Shown in pieces: positions 58,969-64,000 of a stretch of 64,000 bases of DNA. This DNA comes from Eledone cirrhosa (taxonomy: Eukaryota). The notes beneath the pieces are model-generated. The model ran no database searches. It saw only the letters and a program-made list of their open reading frames with translations, and had not been told where the DNA came from. Numbering within the stretch: position 1 is the stretch's first letter; each line of letters begins with the position of its first letter. The stretch covers positions 21,452,001-21,516,000 of the forward strand of contig OZ024750.1 in NCBI GenBank assembly GCA_964016885.1. Reading direction: 5' to 3'. The translations under genes were made by a program, and so were the position numbers.

Positions 58969-59033
58969 TATATACGGTTGCTGTCTACGTCTGTCCCTCA
59001 CTAGGGATTATTTACCTGATTTCTCTAAGCTAA

Positions 59034-59106
<73 letters not shown>

Positions 59107-60318
59107 GGAACATGGGAGAAATACCGTCGAAACGGCGTGGGGTAAAATATTACCTCGAAGGACAGAGATCAGCGGCTAGATGTGAGTTGGTTCGAAGGAA
59201 TGAAGAGAAGATAGGAAGGTGGAAATATATATATTTATATCAATTAAAATATTATTCGTCTCTTAGACATCTCAATGAATGGATGAAATATATAAATAAA
59301 ATAATAAAATATCGAGTCGATTATATGAGTTAGACTAACAGTCTGACTTATACTCACCTAAATTGATATTTTGGCATATATTTAATATGTTATATATATA
59401 TATTTATGTATGTATGTGTGTGTGTTCGTGTATATATATATATGTGTGTATGTGTGTGTGTTCGTGTGTGTATATATATATATATATATTATCTAATAAT
59501 GTACTAGTCTACTTTCAATTTTAATTATCCTTTCTTCAATAATACAAAAATTATTTATTGATTTTTAATCATTTTTAATGGATGTCAATATACTACCGCT
59601 AAACAATTATTATATATAATTTAAAAATTACTGTACAGGATATAATTATTATTATACGGAACTTCATATTATTAAAATAAAAGTGTTCGGAAAATAATAT
59701 CTAAAGGAGGTTTTTTTAAATGAAATTATAGAAATCTTTATATTTATGTTATATTTTAGAAATATATCGAGCATAATTTCAATCTATAATAAGCAGAATT
59801 TAATTATATGTCGCTGTTGGGAATCAGAATGTAGCTTATCCAAGCTAACAGAACCTTGATCAAAGGATATTTCATGCATGACCATCTAGTATTTTCTTCT
59901 TATCCGACATGTGTATTTTGGATCTCACGAACAAATATATCGCTGGAAAACATGAGATGTTTTGTTCGTTCATGAAAATAAATGAGGGTCCACGTTTAAG
60001 GAGTAACTGGTTGAACTCCTTAATTTACCTGACATGTTTTTAGGCTTCCATAATTGTAAAGTTTTCCCTTCAATATTTAAACATTATTATTTACATTTTC
60101 ACTTTCATTTTCTCCCAACGCGCTTTTAAAACAGGTAAGGTAAATTATTTATATATGGTTCATCTGATGAGTTATCCTTGCAGGACTATTCATTCCTGTT
60201 AGTCTAGCGAAATGTTCGTAAATATATTAAATGCTTTAATAGTAATCCTTGTTTAAACTTCCGTTTATACATACACACACATGCACACACATGCACACAC
60301 ACACACACACACACACAC

Positions 60319-60695
<377 letters not shown>

Positions 60696-60832
60696 TTTTT
60701 CTTTATACTTTCACTCGTGTAGGACACCTCGGTTATTTTTCATTTTGTAAAAAAGACCTCACTTTCTAATATATATATATATATATATATAAGATCAAAA
60801 TACTTGAGTGTGTTAGAGTTAAACACACTCGT

Positions 60833-60863
<31 letters not shown>

Positions 60864-61309
60864 GTAATGAGTATAATCGAAGTTGCATCTGCAAGTAGCA
60901 GATTCATATCCGATTGAATTTGAAAGACCGTCACAAAGCACTCAATTATAAAGTAATCAAAGACATTTCTCCTCAGAGGGAACACAAGAAGTTAAGTAAT
61001 GGTGACACAATGAATAATGCGACACGGGGAATTTTGGTACATTAATATATATATATAATAGGGTGTATTGTGATATTCATTTGTATTAGTGAATATTCAT
61101 GTCGATGATTTGGTATTAGGTACTTCACAAAACACTATTTCAGATGACATAATTATCAGAAATAGTTTCAAGTAAATAGTCAATATTATCAATAAATGTT
61201 ACGTTGACTTACAATCTGCATATGAGACTTTAATTCCATACAAGAGTAGTGCATTTATATTATAACATATATATATAGCTCTTTGTGTGTATGTGTGCAC
61301 GTGTATGCA

Positions 61310-61383
<74 letters not shown>

Positions 61384-61589
61384 GTATTGGCTTTTATTTA
61401 ATGTGTTGATGACACATCAATGATTTCTTCTTCCGCTCTTTTAGTTCCGAATGGAACAAATACAGACTTTGTAAGCTATGAACCTTTGAATACAATATGC
61501 TGGTGAAGAGAAAAATAAGTTCTCACTCAAAACCCTCAGAAACATCATCATTAGAAACAGATTTCCTTCACACAACCCCACAGCTTGAA

Positions 61590-61815
61590 TGTGTAGTTAA
61601 CAGAATAGAATATATTGATTATATTTTTAAATTTCTAGAAAATAACGTTGATATGAATCTTGAATGGAAACCACATATTGATCTGCACTTCAGGCTACTG
61701 CTCAGTACTATTGCTATCCTATCACGCAGGAAAAATTACTTTTCTTGACATATGCTACAAAACAGATCATACTTGTTTTAGCTGGCATATTAACTATAGC
61801 ATTATTTTGTGTAGT
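61590..61815 (+). mobile_element. Old Crack/L2-group LINE fragment
   Basis: IEYID..FKFLENNVDMNLEWKPHID....L.STIAILSR.KNY...HINYSII resembles FKFLG..ID..L.WK.HI..HLNYGI. Confidence 0.6.
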
Positions 61816-62181
61816 CATCATACTAGTGGTTAAATATATTTTGTTGAATAATTGTAAGTCTAGATTTCATTAAATTATTTAACTGTGATCATAAGGATTT
61901 TCTCTACAGTAACAATAGTGTTTTAAACTTTCAAACCAGTTTTATTTCTGTACTAATTAAATTATGTCATTTTCGCCTTGGTGACCTGTCTAAATTTCTG
62001 TAGAATGTTGTTTCGGCAAACATCACTTTCAGATCAAAACACTCATGTACACGTAATACAGACGATGTTCACAAGATTCTTGTATACAATCGCACATCAT
62101 TGAAAACATTATGCCGCATGAGATAAACTCTCCTACAATTGATGCCCCTAATATCAACAATAGGCATATCGACATGAAAAC

Positions 62182-62221
<40 letters not shown>

Positions 62222-62223
<2 letters not shown>

Positions 62224-62453
62224 AGGAGGTGAGTTTTATTGTAGTACAATAAAGCAATGCAGATATCGGATAAGAAGCACTCTACAGACTGGAGTATACA
62301 TAATATATAAGATCAAAAGATGGTTAAAGGAGTTCCATGTATTTTATTATGCGCATATTATCTGATGAAAACACAAATATTATTGCATGATGATGTTTGT
62401 TTTTGAAATGCGCATAATAAAATACATGGAACTCCTTTAACCATCTTTTTTTT

Positions 62454-62457
<4 letters not shown>
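62222..62457. mobile_element. Family 7 short element with foldback
   Basis: 62315-62357 inverted versus 62408-62449; 62222-62325 is the reverse complement of the tail at 49348-49455. Confidence 0.88.
62358..62420 (+). ncRNA. Type I hammerhead ribozyme, predicted cleavage after AUA at 62416
   Basis: TTAT-CTGATGA-stem II (15 of 16 positions pair, GCAT loop)-GAAA-TGCGCA-TA-ATAA; palindromic ATGCGCAT. Confidence 0.8.
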
Positions 62458-62513
<56 letters not shown>

Positions 62514-62774
62514 GGGGGGGGTTATACATCCGTACGAAGCTAAGAAGATATATGTGTGTATATGTAAGTAAAAGAGTGTGTGTATGCTTGTAAGTATGAG
62601 CAAAGTATGTTAACGGCTGTGTATGTGTGTATACAGAGCTGAGAAGGAAAAAGTGGAGTGTGCATATTTTGTTGGTCTGCATTAGTTGTAAGAGTATATG
62701 TTTCTGACCATAAGTGAGCCATAGGAATCTAAAGTTGAATGAACAAGCACATGTGTGATAAAGGACAGGGTATT

Positions 62775-63245
62775 AAATAAATTGGGGCGGTGAGTTGAGT
62801 CAATGAAGGAAACAGGACCCGATGCTGTAATTCACACTCTCTTCAGTTCTGGTGCACGAAGCCTGTGATCCATGATGTAAAAGGACACCCATGACTGAGA
62901 CGTGTAGGGAAGAGTGACCAGGAGAACGGAAATCACAGGCGACAGTAGTATCCAAAAATAGTCCCTCAAATGTTCAGCAAAACTGTCCGCCATAGGGTGT
63001 CACGTTTGTCCTATGTATAAGGACCCGCAAAGGGAACACCGCAGGGCAGAGACAATGTAGGTGGAACTGCAGGTGAAGGAGTGGCGGATACGAAATGACC
63101 CGTTAGGGGCTGAGAGAGTGATGAGGGTGGAAATGAAAGGACAAGTGTTGCAGTGGGGACGAGAACAAAGAGGAGAACCGGGTGGAGTAGTAAGAGAGGA
63201 CGAGAAGGAACTACGTACCAGGAGGTCGCGGACGTTACGGGCCTA
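62775..63245 (-). pseudogene. Third PLE remnant (Neptune-like): Zn-finger linker plus GIY-YIG endonuclease, absent from the ORF track
   Basis: Manual translation: ARNVRDLLVRS..CSRPHCNTCPFI..FRIRHSFTCSSTYIVSALRCSLCGSLYIGQT*HPMADSFAEHLRD / TVACDFRSPGHS. Confidence 0.85.
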
Positions 63246-63328
63246 CATATATATATTATACCCGTAGAGTGCTTCCAATCTACTGTAAAACTCATTATTT
63301 GATATACTCATTGAATCTTGTTTAACTC

Positions 63329-63389
<61 letters not shown>

Positions 63390-63670
63390 TAAAAAGGAAA
63401 AGAAAATGCTGACAAATCTTTCGCAGTGAAAAATAGTTTAATTAGGAATAAGTATAAATTAGTAATAAGTATTAGTTAGTATTCAGTTTTAGTTTTAAGT
63501 TTTTACCGGTTGCGCATTTCTTATGCTTTTCAAAAATAATTTTGAGATAGAGTGTTCGTGATTTTTGCTCTAATCAGATTAGACCACAATGTTACTAAGA
63601 CAAAACCTATATATTTGCTAGCATTGATATGCATCTGTATGTATATATATGTTACTAGATATTAATTCTT

Positions 63671-63707
<37 letters not shown>

Positions 63708-64000
63708 AAATATATATAAATATATATATATGTGTAATTTTGATAAACGCAAAACAGCGACAAACGATGCATTGTTGATTACCTCCCCCGGCTTTTACTG
63801 AGATTTCGTATGTGACGTTTGTCTCAACCTTAAAAATTCATAAAGAAAGGCCTTCAAATGTTAGTCTTAAATATCCAGTATAATATTCAATATACAATAC
63901 GTACATTTATACGTATATCGCTATGCTTGACACCAATATATATATATATATATATAATATATATAGATAATTTAATATATCTACTAACATAAGCGCACAG

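Noticed and set aside
59128-59145. CCGTCGAAACGGCGTGGGGT resembling the family 1 HHR 3' half
   Set aside because: No upstream core and a non-cleavable GUG triplet; similarity is too short

Overview
This is AT-rich eukaryotic non-genic DNA, most likely from an octopod cephalopod. That is inferred from the Octopus-type tRNA-derived SINEs and the extreme (TA)n/(CA)n/(GA)n microsatellite load. No host protein-coding gene could be supported, and almost all listed ORFs are microsatellite artefacts (IYIY...). The window is a graveyard of retroelements: three Penelope-like elements (PLEs) with RT and/or GIY-YIG remnants, fragments of CRE, RTE/RTE-X, CR1, Crack/L2 and Ingi/Vingi LINEs, RTE-derived non-autonomous elements and many SINEs. 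The main hidden signal is RNA-level. Reading by eye finds about 18 type I hammerhead-ribozyme (HHR) motifs or remnants from roughly 8 sequence families, almost all in short elements sitting in (TA)n tracts. Two unrelated families use the compensatory U3:A8 core (UUGAnAA) and one family has a CAGAAGA core. One 419-bp non-coding unit occurs as a 1.5-mer and looks like a retrozyme. Most short copies share a head-to-head inverted architecture with two fixed 3' ends, both facing outward into TA repeats. All structures were paired by eye; no folding or database search was run.
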